This document shows, one piece after another, positions 1 through 11,827 of a stretch of 64,000 bases of DNA; positions within the stretch are counted from its first letter, which is position 1; the number at the start of each line of letters is the position of its first letter. Origin of the DNA: Haplodiscus bocki. Its lineage: Eukaryota. Location of the stretch: positions 3,286,001 to 3,350,000 of the forward strand of contig OZ296652.1 in assembly GCA_965655095.1 (NCBI GenBank). Reading direction: 5' to 3'. The notes under the pieces are model-generated. The model ran no database searches and was not told the origin of the DNA. It saw only the letters and a program-made list of their open reading frames with translations. The position numbers were made by a program, and so were the translations under genes.

Positions 1-323
1 AAAATTCTCGATTTTTTCCCCAAAAAATTGCATTAATTTTCGTTGGAATCAGTTTTGCACTTTCCACTCAATAAAAATGATGTCGGAGGAAAAAGAGCAA
101 AAAGTCGGTCAAAAATAACAAAATAGATATTTTTTTGCGACCGAAAAATTAACTCAATATCGGAAATGATACAAAATCCAAATTTCCTGTCCCAATCTGA
201 AAGCTTCGCGAAACTAATGTATACACTTAGAAAAGAGATCACTTCCAATTCAAAAATGACCGTTTTTTTCTCCCAAAAAATGCCAAACTGAAAAAAAGGG
301 AAACATGGAGTGCAAAAAATGAA

Positions 324-396
324 GTCGAGATGAGATTCGAACCCCGACACTCTTAGTAACCAAGTGCATATGATTGTCATCATCGGCTACCAGCCC
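324..396 (-). other. tRNA-like pseudo-sequence (Pol III A/B boxes); copies at 3886-3958, 7300-7372 and 12736-12808
   Basis: Minus strand GGGCTGGTAGCCGATG...GGGGTTCGAATCTC. B box and T-arm present; acceptor stem does not pair. Confidence 0.5.
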
Positions 397-1169
397 AAAT
401 GCTACCTGACTTCGGCTAAATTCATCCCACCATTATCTTTTGCTGGTCGTGAACTACACAAGACAACGCGCGTCGACCGTAATAAGCTAGTGGTTTGCCA
501 GGTAAAAATAAGCCCAAAAAAAGAAATGCATGTCATTTCATCGGGTCAGTGTTTAGTAGTAGCTAAACCGTGCCTTGTTTGGCAAAGGAGCGAAAATTTA
601 CAAAAAACTGCAGTTAGTTGATGCTCCCAGCTTTGAAACAGGAAAAAGATTTTAGCAACATTTCAATGCTTGCAGAAAACTTACCAAAAAAATGTAATTT
701 TACATTGATATATGAAGGAACAGTAGCGAGAAATCTGGTTTGAATGGCAAAACCGCAAAAAAGTCTGTACAAAAAATGCGAATTTAGCCAAAATTAGACA
801 TTTGAAAGATTTTTGCAAACCTTTCATATTGCCACAAAAATTAAAAGAAATCGAAAAAGTGCAAAGTTGGCTGCTTCAAAAAACTGGAGAAAACTTTTCT
901 TATCCGCGAAATTTAATAGAAAGTGAAATTCCAAATGGATGCAGAATGAATTGCAGCAAGGCAGCTGATTTGATGGCCAAAAGGCCCAAAAATCCCAGAA
1001 AAATTGCAAAGTTGTCACTGAAAGTTGCCTTTGTCACTGAAATGCAGGCTAATCTCGGAAAGTCTCCACAGAATTTGACTTGCTGGAATCCCAAAAACAA
1101 TCCCAATGCAGCAAAAAGAAACAAACTGTACCTGATGGCACGTGAAGCGGAAGGTTCCATGAGTTTCGG

Positions 1170-3294
1170 TTCTGATTAGAGATAGTTTTTATTTCCGTCT
1201 AATGAATTTATCAATTGTGGATTTTTAGCAACAACCAAATTCAGTCTTAATTCTACAGATTGCATAGGTTAATTCATAATTTGTTCGTATGTCATGTTGC
1301 ATCTGTCACTAATTGAATTGATAGTCATTTGATTCATATTATAAAATTTATATCCTCTTGATTCATAATTTAATATAATATAAGATTTATAATATATAAA
1401 CAATCAATATACTATAATAAATATCTCTTTAAATTATTACTATCTATATGATGAAAATAATTAGTTTCTGTATTTGTCGTGAAATTATTAACAAATTCTA
1501 TTTTAAATTCACAATTAATAAAATAAAAATCAAATTTTTTATTATGAGTAGTGATATAATCATTTAAAACTTTATCAAATTCAACCAAATTAACATTATT
1601 AATAGTATTTTTTTAAATATAATTTTATCATTTTTCTTACGTAAAGTAACTCTTTATATTCAGATTCATTTTCGATAATCGATCGATCACATACTTCACA
1701 AAGAAGGGTCATATTTAATTAGGTAAAATTATTTGAAATGATTTATATAAAATCTCATTTTTCTCCATATGATAAATGGATGATTTTATAAATGTAATTA
1801 AAAAAGATCCCAAAATACGAAATGGAATAAATGATTTGTTAGATGGATAAAATAGATTTTCCTTATACTTATCAATCGAAAATAGGATGATACTTTGGTC
1901 CAGAGTGTAATTCTTAAAGAATTGATAAATATAATGGGTGCTACAATAACAGATTTAGATATAGAATTAAAAATGAAAATTAGTAGAATTGAAAATTTAG
2001 AAACTAAAAAAACTCACAAAATTTTGAAAGAGTCTGGTAACCATTTGTATTCAAGATCTTGTGATGTTGATTCATGAAATCTTCTAACCAATTTACGACA
2101 AAGCATTGATTTTGGTTGTTCGAGATAATGTTCTCGAGTTATAACTTCTGGATCTGATGTAAAAACTATGTCTATTTCTGGAACTATTTTAGAACACTCG
2201 TTGGAAAGATAAAAAGTTATAACTCTTATCTAAAAAATCGCTAGCTAATTCTGTTGTGAAAGCTGAATAGTGTTCGCTTTGAATGTTATAAGTGACGTTA
2301 TTTGAAATACTTATTTTATAGGGATTATCATCGTCGTCAAATCTTAAGAAAACACAAACTGTGAAAAGATTGAATTTTTTTGTATGTTCCATAAAGTAAA
2401 GGTTAAATACATCTTTAAATTAATTCACTTCAACGTTCTTTATAGCATATCGATTTTATATCAGATTGGAATAAGTTATGTTTCTTTGTTTGATTGTGTT
2501 TTGTTTTGTTTCTCTTTAACAAATTTGTATTACATAATTCACATCTATACATTTATATACGATTATTTGTTTTCATAACCAATTGTGAGTATATAAATGA
2601 TTATTGTTACTAGTGAATATTCCACTAGTAGTCACAATCCATTAGGCGTCAAAAAATTTTTTTGGAAAAAGTAAAAAAAAAAGTTGACGTTCATCGGAAT
2701 GTGCAGGTGAAATATTACAGTCTACGGTAACCTTAGACATGTAGAGATTATAAAATTTTAATATAGACACACATATAATGCATCGTTCGAAAGCTCTTGA
2801 CTTTGAGATCACAGATTTCGAATATCACCATGAACCGAGATCCTCATGTGAAATTATATCATCTCAAACCTCAAACCCTTGAACATGTAGAGATTATAAA
2901 AGTTTTAGATAAACCTACAAATGATACATCCTTCGAAAGCTCTCGACTTGGAGATCACAGAATTTGAATATTCCCATGAGTAAGTGGCACAGTCAATAAT
3001 ATAAGCGAGAAGCTGACTGGAAGGGAAGCCCGTGAGGAACGAAGTGACGAGCGAGCGTGGATAATGTCGGATATTATAAGTGGGACGAGCGATAGCGAGG
3101 AGCTACTGGTATTATCCGCAATATCCTATATTATTGGTCTAGTGGCAAGATGGTTGATAAAGAAAGCATAAGTACGAAACATTTGAGGAAACGGAAAGAT
3201 TAATCTCTCTGGCCTACTTTATAGTATAAAAAACACCAAGGCCAATTACAAACTACAAGAAACCTCCAAAAGATCTACTGTCTACGACTACACT
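1170..3294. mobile_element. Internally deleted copy of the Polinton-like terminal fragment
   Basis: Homologous to 8145-12143 but lacks the 9598-11040 equivalent and has 2 repeat units. Confidence 0.65.
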
Positions 3295-4730
3295 TTTGTT
3301 TCCACTTTTATTCGTTTGGAGACGCAGATAAAAGTGAATATTCTGAATAAATAGGGAGGCTAGCTAGATTTTGGCCTACTCTGAAACATGGAAGATACCA
3401 CTTTTAATGTTTTAAAAGTTTCCAGAAAATCCCAGAAACTGAACGGTTTCTTCTCAGTTAGGTTGCATGTGTAGTTGTGAAGATTAATCGTGAGCCACAA
3501 CGAGCGAAAGTTGCGAATAATACCGCAAAAACAAGCTAATTTTGTAGACTGAAGATTGAACGAGAATTCTCGATTTTTTTCCCCAAAAAATGCATTAATT
3601 TTCGTTGGAATAAGTTTTGCAGTTTCCACTCAATAAAAATGATGTCGTAGGGAAAAGAGCAAAAAGTCGGTGAAAAATAACAAAATAGATATTTTTTTGC
3701 GACCGAAAAATTAACTCAATATCGGAAATGATACAAAATCCAAATTTCCTGTCCCAATCTGAAAGCTTCGCGAAACTAGTGTATACACTTAGAAAAGAGA
3801 TCACTTCCAATTCAAAAATGACCGTTTTTTTCTCCCAAAAAATGCCAAACTGAAAAAAAGGGAAACATGGAGTGCAAAAAATGAAGTCGAGATGAGATTC
3901 GAACCCCGACACTCTTAGTAACCAAGTGCATATGATTGTCATCATCAGCTACCAGCCCAAATGCTACCTGACTTCGGCTAAATTCATCCCACCATTATCT
4001 TTTGCTGGTCGTGAACTACACAAGAAAACGCGGGTCGACCGTAATAAGCTAGTGGTTTGCCAGGTAAAAATAAGCCCAAAAAAAGAAATGCATGTCATTT
4101 CATCGGGTCAGTGTTTAGTAGTAGCTAAAACGTGCCTTGTTTGGCAAAGGAGCGAAAATTCACAAAAAACTGCAGTTAGTTGATGCTCCCAGCTTTGAAA
4201 CAGGAAAAAGATTTTAGCAACATTTCATTGCTTGCAGAAAACTTACCAAAAAAATGTAATTTTACATTGATATATGAAGGAACAGTAGCGAGAAATCTGG
4301 TTTGAATGGCAAAACTGCAAAAAAGTCCGTACAAAAAATGCGAATTTAGCCAAAATTAGACATTTGAAAGATTTTTGAAAAACTTTCATATTGCCACAAA
4401 ATTTAAAAGAAATCGAAAAAGTGCAAAGTTGGCTGCTTCAAAAAACTGGAGAAAACTTTTCTTACCCGCGAAATTTAATAGAAAGTGAAATTCCAAATGG
4501 ATGCAGAATGAATTGCAGCAAGGCAGCTGATTTGATGGCCAAAAGGCCTGAAATCCCAGAAAAATTGCACAGTTGTCACTGAAAGTTGCCTTTGTCACTG
4601 AAATGCAGGACAATCTCGGAAAGTGTCCACAGAATTTGACTTGCTGGAATCCCAAAAACAATCCCAATGCAGCAAAAAGAAACAAACTGTACCTGATGGC
4701 ACGTGAAGCGGAAGGTTCCATGAGTTTCGG

Positions 4731-6710
4731 TTCTGATTAGAGGATAGTTTTTATTTCCGTCTAATGAATTTATCAATTGTGGATTTTTAGCAACAACCAA
4801 ATTCAGTCTTAATTCTACAGATTGCATAGGTTAATTCATAAATTGTTCGTATGTCATGTTGTATCTGTCACTAATTGAATTGATAGTCATTTGATTCATA
4901 TTATAAAATTTATATCCTCTTGATTCATAATTTAATATAATATAAGATTTATAATACATAAACAATCAATATACTACAATAAATAACTCTTTATATTATT
5001 ACTATCTATATGATGAAAATAATTAGTTTCTATATTTGTCGTGAAATTATTAACAAATTCTATTTTAAATTCACAATTAATAAAATAAAAATCAAAGTTC
5101 TTATTATGAGTAGTGATATAATCATTTAATATTTTATCAAATTCAACCAAATTAACATTATTAATAGTATTTTTTTATATAAAATTTTATCATTTTTCTT
5201 ACGTAAAGTAACTCTTTATATTCAGATTCATTTTCAATAATCGATCGATCACATACTTCACAAAGAAGGATCATATTTAATTAGGTAAAATTATTTGAAA
5301 TGATTTATATAAAATATCATTTTTCTCCATATGATAAATGGATGATTTTATAAATGTAATTAAAAAAGATCCCAAAAGACGAAATGGAATAAATGATATG
5401 TTAGATGGATAAAATAGATTTTCCTTATACTTATCAATCGAAAATAGGATGATACTTTGGTCCAGAGTGTAATTCTTAAAGAATTGATAAATATAATGGG
5501 TGCTACAATAACAGATTTAGATATAGAATTAAAAACGAAAATTAGTAGAATTGAAAATTTAGAAAGTAAAAAAACTCACAAAATTTTGAAGAGTCTGGTA
5601 ACCATTTGTATTCAAGATCTTGTGATGTTGATTCAAGAAATCTTCCAATCAATTTAAGACAAAGCATTGATTTTGGTTGTTCGAGATAATGTTCTCGAGT
5701 TATAACTTCTGGATCTGATAAAAAAACTTTGTCTATTTCTGGAACTATTTTAGAACACTCGTGGGAAAGATAAATTGTTGTAACTCTATCTAAAAAATCG
5801 CTAGCTAATTCTGTTGTGAAAGTTGAATAGTGTTCGCTTTGAATGTTATAAGTGACGTTATTTGAATTACTTATTTTATAGGGATTATCATCGTCGTCAA
5901 ATCTTAAGAAAACACAAACTGTGAAAAGATTGAATTTTTTTGTATGTTCCATAAAGTAAGGGTTAAAAACATCTTTGAATTAATTCACTTCAACGTTCTT
6001 TATAGCATATCGATTTAATATCAGATTGGAATAACATTTATGTTTCTTTGTTTGATTGTGTTTTGTTTTGTTTCTCTTTAACAAATTTGTATTACATAAT
6101 TCACATCTATACATTTATATACGATTATTTGTTTTCATCACCAATTGTGAGTATATAAAAGATTATTGTTACTAGTGAATAATCCACTAGTAGTCACAAT
6201 CCATTAGGCGTCAAAAATTTTTTTTGGAAAAAGTAAAAAAAAAAGTTGACGCTCATCGGAATGTGCAGGTGAAATATTACAGTCTACGGTAAACTTAAAC
6301 ATGTAGAGATTATAAAAATTTTAGATAAACCTACATATGATACATCATTCGAAAGCTCTCGACTTGGAGATCACAGAATTTGAATATTCCCATGAGTAAG
6401 TGGCACAGCCAATAATATAAGCGAGAGGCTGACTGGAAGGGAAGCCCGTGAGGAACGAAGTGACGAGCGAGCGTGGATAATGTCGGATAATATAAGTGGG
6501 ACGAGCGATAGCGAGGAGCTACTGGTATTATCCGCAATATCCTATATTATTGGTCTAGTGGCAAGATGGTTGATAAAGAAAGCATAAGTACGAAACATTT
6601 GAGGAAACGGAAAGATTAATCTCTCTGGCCTACTTTATAGTATAAAAAACACCAAGGCCAATTACAAACTACAAGAAACCTCCAAAAGATCTACTGTCTA
6701 CGACTACACT
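4731..6710. mobile_element. Internally deleted copy of the Polinton-like terminal fragment
   Basis: Same deletion as the 1170-3294 copy; a single partial 146-bp unit. Confidence 0.65.
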
Positions 6711-9700
6711 TTTGTTTCCACTTTTATTCGTTTGGAGACGCAGATAAAAGTGAATATTCTGAATAAATAGGGAGGCTAGCTAGATTTTGGCCTACTCTGA
6801 AACACTGAAGATACCACTTTTAATGTTTTAAAAGTTTCCAGAAAATCCCAGAAACTGAACGGTTTCTTCTCAGTTAGGTTGCATGTGTAGTTGTGAAGAT
6901 TAATCGTGAGCCACAACGAGCGAAAGTTGCGAATAATACCGCAAAAACAAGCTAATTTTGTAGACTGGAGATTGAACGAGAATTCTCGATTTTTCCCCAA
7001 AAAATGCATTAATTTTCGTTGGAATAAGTTTTGCACTTTCCACTCAATAAAAATGATGTCGTAGGGAAAAGAGCAAAAAGTCGGTCAAAAATAACAAAAT
7101 AGATATTTTTTTGCGACCGAAAAATTAACTCAATATCGGAAATGATACAAAATCCAAATTTCCTGTCCCAATCTGAAAGCTTCGCGAAACTAGTGTATAC
7201 ACTTAGAAAAGAGATCACTTCCAATTCAAAAATGACCGTTTTTTTCTCCCAAAAAATGCCAAACTGAAAAAAAGGGAAACATGGAGTGCAAAAAATGAAG
7301 TCGAGATGAGATTCGAACCCCGACACTCTTAGTAACCAAGTGCATATGATTGTCATCATCAGCTACCAGCCCAAATGCTACCTGACTTCGGCTAAATTCA
7401 TCCCACCATTATCTTTTGCTGGTCGTGAACTACACAAGAAAACGCGGGTCGACCGTATTAAGCTAGTGGTTTGCCAGGTAAAAATAAGCCCAAAAAAAGA
7501 AATGCATGTCATTTCATCGGGTCAGTGTTTAGTAGTAGCTAAAACGTGCCTTGTTTGGCAAAGGAGCGAAAATTCACAAAAAACTGCAGTTAGTTGATGC
7601 TCCCAGCTTTGAAACAGGAAAAAGATTTTAGCAACATTTCAATGCTTGCAGAAAACTTACCAAAAAAATGTAATTTTACATTGATATATGAAGGAACAGT
7701 AGCGAGAAATCTGGTTTGAATGGCAAAACTGCAAAAAAGTCCGTACAAAAAATGAGAATTTAGCCAAAATTAGACATTTGAAAGATTTTTGCAAAACTTT
7801 CATATTGCCACAAAATTTAAAAGAAATCGAAAAAGTGCAAAGTTGGCTGCTTCAAAAAACTGGAGAAAACTTTTCTTATCCGCGAAATTTAATAGAAAGT
7901 GAAATTCCATATGGATGCAGAATGAATTGCAGCAAGGCAGCTGATTTGATGGCCAAAAGGCCTAAAATCCCAGAAAAATTGCAAAGTTGTCACTGAAAGT
8001 TGCCTTTGTCACTGAAATGCAGGACAATCTCGGAAAGTCTCCACAGAATTTGACTTGCTGGAATCCCAAAAACAATCCCAATGCAGCAAAAAGAAACAAA
8101 CTGTACCTGATGGCACGTGAAGCGGAAGGTTCCATGAGTTTCGGTTCTGATTAGAGGATAGTTTTTATTTCCGTCTAATGAATTTATCAATTGTGGATTT
8201 TTAGCAACAACCAAATTCAGTCTTAAATCTACAGATTGCATAGGTTAATTCATAATTTGTTCGTATGTCATGTTGCATCTGTCACTAATTGAATTGATAG
8301 TCATTTGATTCATATTATAAAATTTATATCCTCTTGATTCATAATTTAATATAATATAAGATTTATAATATATAAACAATCAATATACTATAATAAATAT
8401 CTCTTTAAATTATTACTATCTATATGATGAAAATATTTAGTTTCTGTATTTGTCGTGAAATTATTAACAAATTCTATTTTAAATTCACCATTAATAAAAT
8501 AAAAATCAAATTTTTTATTATGAGTAGTGATATAATCATTTAATATTTTATCAAATTCAACCAAATTAACATTATTAATAGTATTTTTTTATATAAAATT
8601 TTATCATTTTTCTTACGTAAAGTAACTCTTTATATTCAGATTCACTTTCGATAATCGATCGATCACATACTTCACAAAGAAGGATCATATTTAATTAAGT
8701 AAAATTATTTGAAATGATTTATATAAAATCTCATTTTTCTCCATATGATAAATGGATGATTTTATAAATGTAATTAAAAAAGATCCCAAAATACGAAATG
8801 GAATAAATCATATGTTAGATGGATAAAATAGATTTTCCTTATACTTATCAATCGAAAATAGGATGATACTTTGGTCCAGAGTGTAATTCTTAAAGAATTG
8901 ATAAATATAATGGGTGCTACAATAACAGACTTAGATATAGAATTAAAAATGAAAATTAGTAGAATTGAAAATTTAGAAACTAAAAAAACTCACAAAATTT
9001 TGAAAGAGTCTGGTAACCATTTGTATTCAAGATCTTGTGATGTTGATTCATGAAATCTTCTAACCAATTTACGACAAAGCATTGATTTTGGTTGTTCGAG
9101 ATAATGTTCTCGAGTTATAACTTCTGGATCTGATGTAAAAACTATGTCTATTTCTGGAACTATTTTAGAACACTCATTGGAAAGATAAATTGTTATAACT
9201 CTTATCTAAAAAATCGCTAGCTAATTCTGTTGTGAAAGCTGAATAGTGTTCGCTTTGAATGTTATAAGTGACGTTATTTGAAATACTTATTTTATAGGGA
9301 TTATCATCGTCGTCAAATCTTAAGAAAACACAAACTGTGAAAAGATTGAATTTTTTTGTATGTTCCATAAAGTAAGGGTTAAATACATCTTTAAATTAGT
9401 TCACTTCAACGTTCTTTATAGCATATCGATTTAATATCAGATTGGAATAACACTTATGTTTCTTTGTTTGATTGTGTTTTGTTTTGTTTCTCTTTAACAA
9501 ATTTGTATTACATAATTCACATCTATACATTTATATACGATTATCTGTTTTCATCACCAATTGTGAGTATAAAAATGATTATTGTTACTAGTGAATACAT
9601 TTTTCTGAACCCAAAATTAAATGAAATAAGTGATATTATAAAAAAACAACCGACTAGAAAATGATCGAAAATAGGGAGACTATTGTTGTAGAAAAATTGA

Positions 9701-10173
9701 GGTTAGATGTAACACTAAATTTTTCGGTAGAATAAAAAACAAAACGAAAAATATTACGATTAAGCATTATCATCTACATGGAATAAATAAAACTATGGTA
9801 GCATCACAAGGAAGATATGAATTAATCAGGCCAAACAAATTGATAATTTTAATAGATGGAAATATTTCCAGAAATGTTATACACACTTATATGAAATGAA
9901 ATAATATTCCAAGATTCTGGATGATATTTTTCTTAAAAATCGCAAACAATAGGGAGTATGTTTATAATTTTTGTAATAGACCATTTAATGATTTTCATCG
10001 ACATTGCCGTGAATGGTATTTATATAATAAAACTGATGGAGATGATATACGAATGCTTGATGATGAGATGAATCATAATTATGGTGCTTATTGGTAATTG
10101 TTCGTCAACTTGGATGTGAAAATTTAATAAATCAAACAAAAGAATTTTGATCATATGTTTTTCTATATAATAA

Positions 10174-10482
10174 ATGGAAGTGAAATCGATTGGTGATTGT
10201 TTGAACATTATTGATGATGCTATAGTTGAAAATAATGGAAAATATATTGGTATTTCAAATTTAGAAAACATTCATAAACATTTGCTAGAGATACAGCAAA
10301 GTGATGATTTCATCGAAGATAGGGTTGCTCTATCGAATGTGCTTAGTCAAATAAATTCTATAATAGAAAACTATTATCAATTTCCTGAAGAGGATATGAA
10401 AAGTGAATATGTACAGTTGAGAAAATTATTGTTAGTTTGGTTAATAGAATGTAGTACAGAGCCTGAAGTTGATAATCAATAA
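10174..10482 (+). CDS. Intact 102-aa acidic hypothetical ORF of the Polinton-like element
   Basis: ATG-to-stop ORF without interruption in very AT-rich DNA, preceded by tatataataa. No recognisable motif. Confidence 0.45.
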   Translation: MEVKSIGDCLNIIDDAIVENNGKYIGISNLENIHKHLLEIQQSDDFIEDRVALSNVLSQINSIIENYYQFPEEDMKSEYVQLRKLLLVWLIECSTEPEVDNQ

Positions 10483-10620
10483 TAATTTGTTAACTTATAA
10501 ATGGTTGTACAAATGATATCATATTTAGTAAAAGAATCAGTTGATGTATTTGAAAATATCAGCATCGAATTCTACATTTAATTAGCTATTCAACAATATA
10601 TAACACTCCACTATTACTTG

Positions 10621-10908
10621 AAATTTTTTATTGACATACCATGTTTGAGGATTATTTTTAGAGTTTTTCGGGTTTTTTCGATGGTATGGTTTCAGTCAAC
10701 GATCTCGAAAATATCATCATTGAATAGAACTTTTCCAAGACCTTTCCAACGATATATAATATGTCATATTTATCAAAAATTTTTTCATTGACATACCAAG
10801 TTTCAGGGTTATTTTTAGGGTTTTTCGATGGTAAGATTTCAGTCATCGTTTCCGAAAATAATTTCATTGAAAAGCATTTTTCAAGACCTTTTCAACGATA
10901 TATTATAC
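10621..10908 (+). repeat. Two-copy tandem repeat of about 157 bp
   Basis: ttgacatacc at 10631 and 10788 with homologous continuation. Confidence 0.85.
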
Positions 10909-11148
10909 TTTTTTGTAGCTCAAATATTCGTTGATTACTTGATCTGTATATACCGTGGGAAAAATCCTTAAAAACTATGTGCTAGTCATCATATTTTCAA
11001 TAACGCAAAGACAAAAATTCACTGGCCAATTTCATAAACTTCACAATCCATTAGGCGTCAAAAAAATTTTTTTGGAAAAAGTAAAAAAAAAAAGTTGACG
11101 CTCATCGGAATGTGCAGTTGAAATATTACAGTCTACGGTAACCTTAGA

Positions 11149-11827
11149 CATGTAGAGATTATAAAATTTCAAGATAGACACACATATAATGCATCGTTCG
11201 AAAGCTCTTGACTTGGAGATCACAGATTTCGAATATCACCATGAACCGAGATCCTCATGTGAAAATATACCATCTCAAACCTCAAACCCTTAAACATGTA
11301 GAGATTATAAAAGTTTGACGTGAACCTACATATTATACATCATTCGAAAGGTCTTGACTTGGAGATCACAGATTCTGAATACCGTCGTGATTAGACATAC
11401 ACAGGTGAAATTACACTATCTCAAACCTCAAACCCTTAAACATGTAGAGATTATAAAAATTTGACGTAAACCTACATATGATACACCATTCGAAAGATCT
11501 TGACTTGGAGATCACAGATTATGATTATTATCATGATCGAACACGCTGAAATGAAATTATACCATCTCAAACCTCAAACCCTTAAACATGTAGAAACTAT
11601 AAAAGTTTTAGATAAACCTATATGTGATGCATCATTCGAAAGGTCTTGACTTGGAGATCACAGATTTTGAATATCACCATGAACCGAGATCCTCATGTGA
11701 AATTATATCATCTCAAACCTCAAACCCTTAAACATGTAGAGATTATAAAAGTTCTAGATAAACCTACATATGATACATCATTCGAAAGCTCTCGACTTGG
11801 AGATCACAGAATTTGAATATTCCCATG
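11149..11827 (+). repeat. 146-bp tandem repeat, about 4.7 copies
   Basis: catgtaga recurs at 11149, 11295, 11441, 11587 and 11733. Confidence 0.95.

Noticed and set aside
33-1160. Recurrent 85-125 aa ORFs in the array's intron segment
   Set aside because: They recur only because the DNA is duplicated. They have no motifs, and indels differ between copies.
11149-11827. Regular repeats here and at 45946-46680 as CRISPR-like arrays
   Set aside because: Whole units are homologous, there are no unique spacers or cas genes, and the context is eukaryotic.
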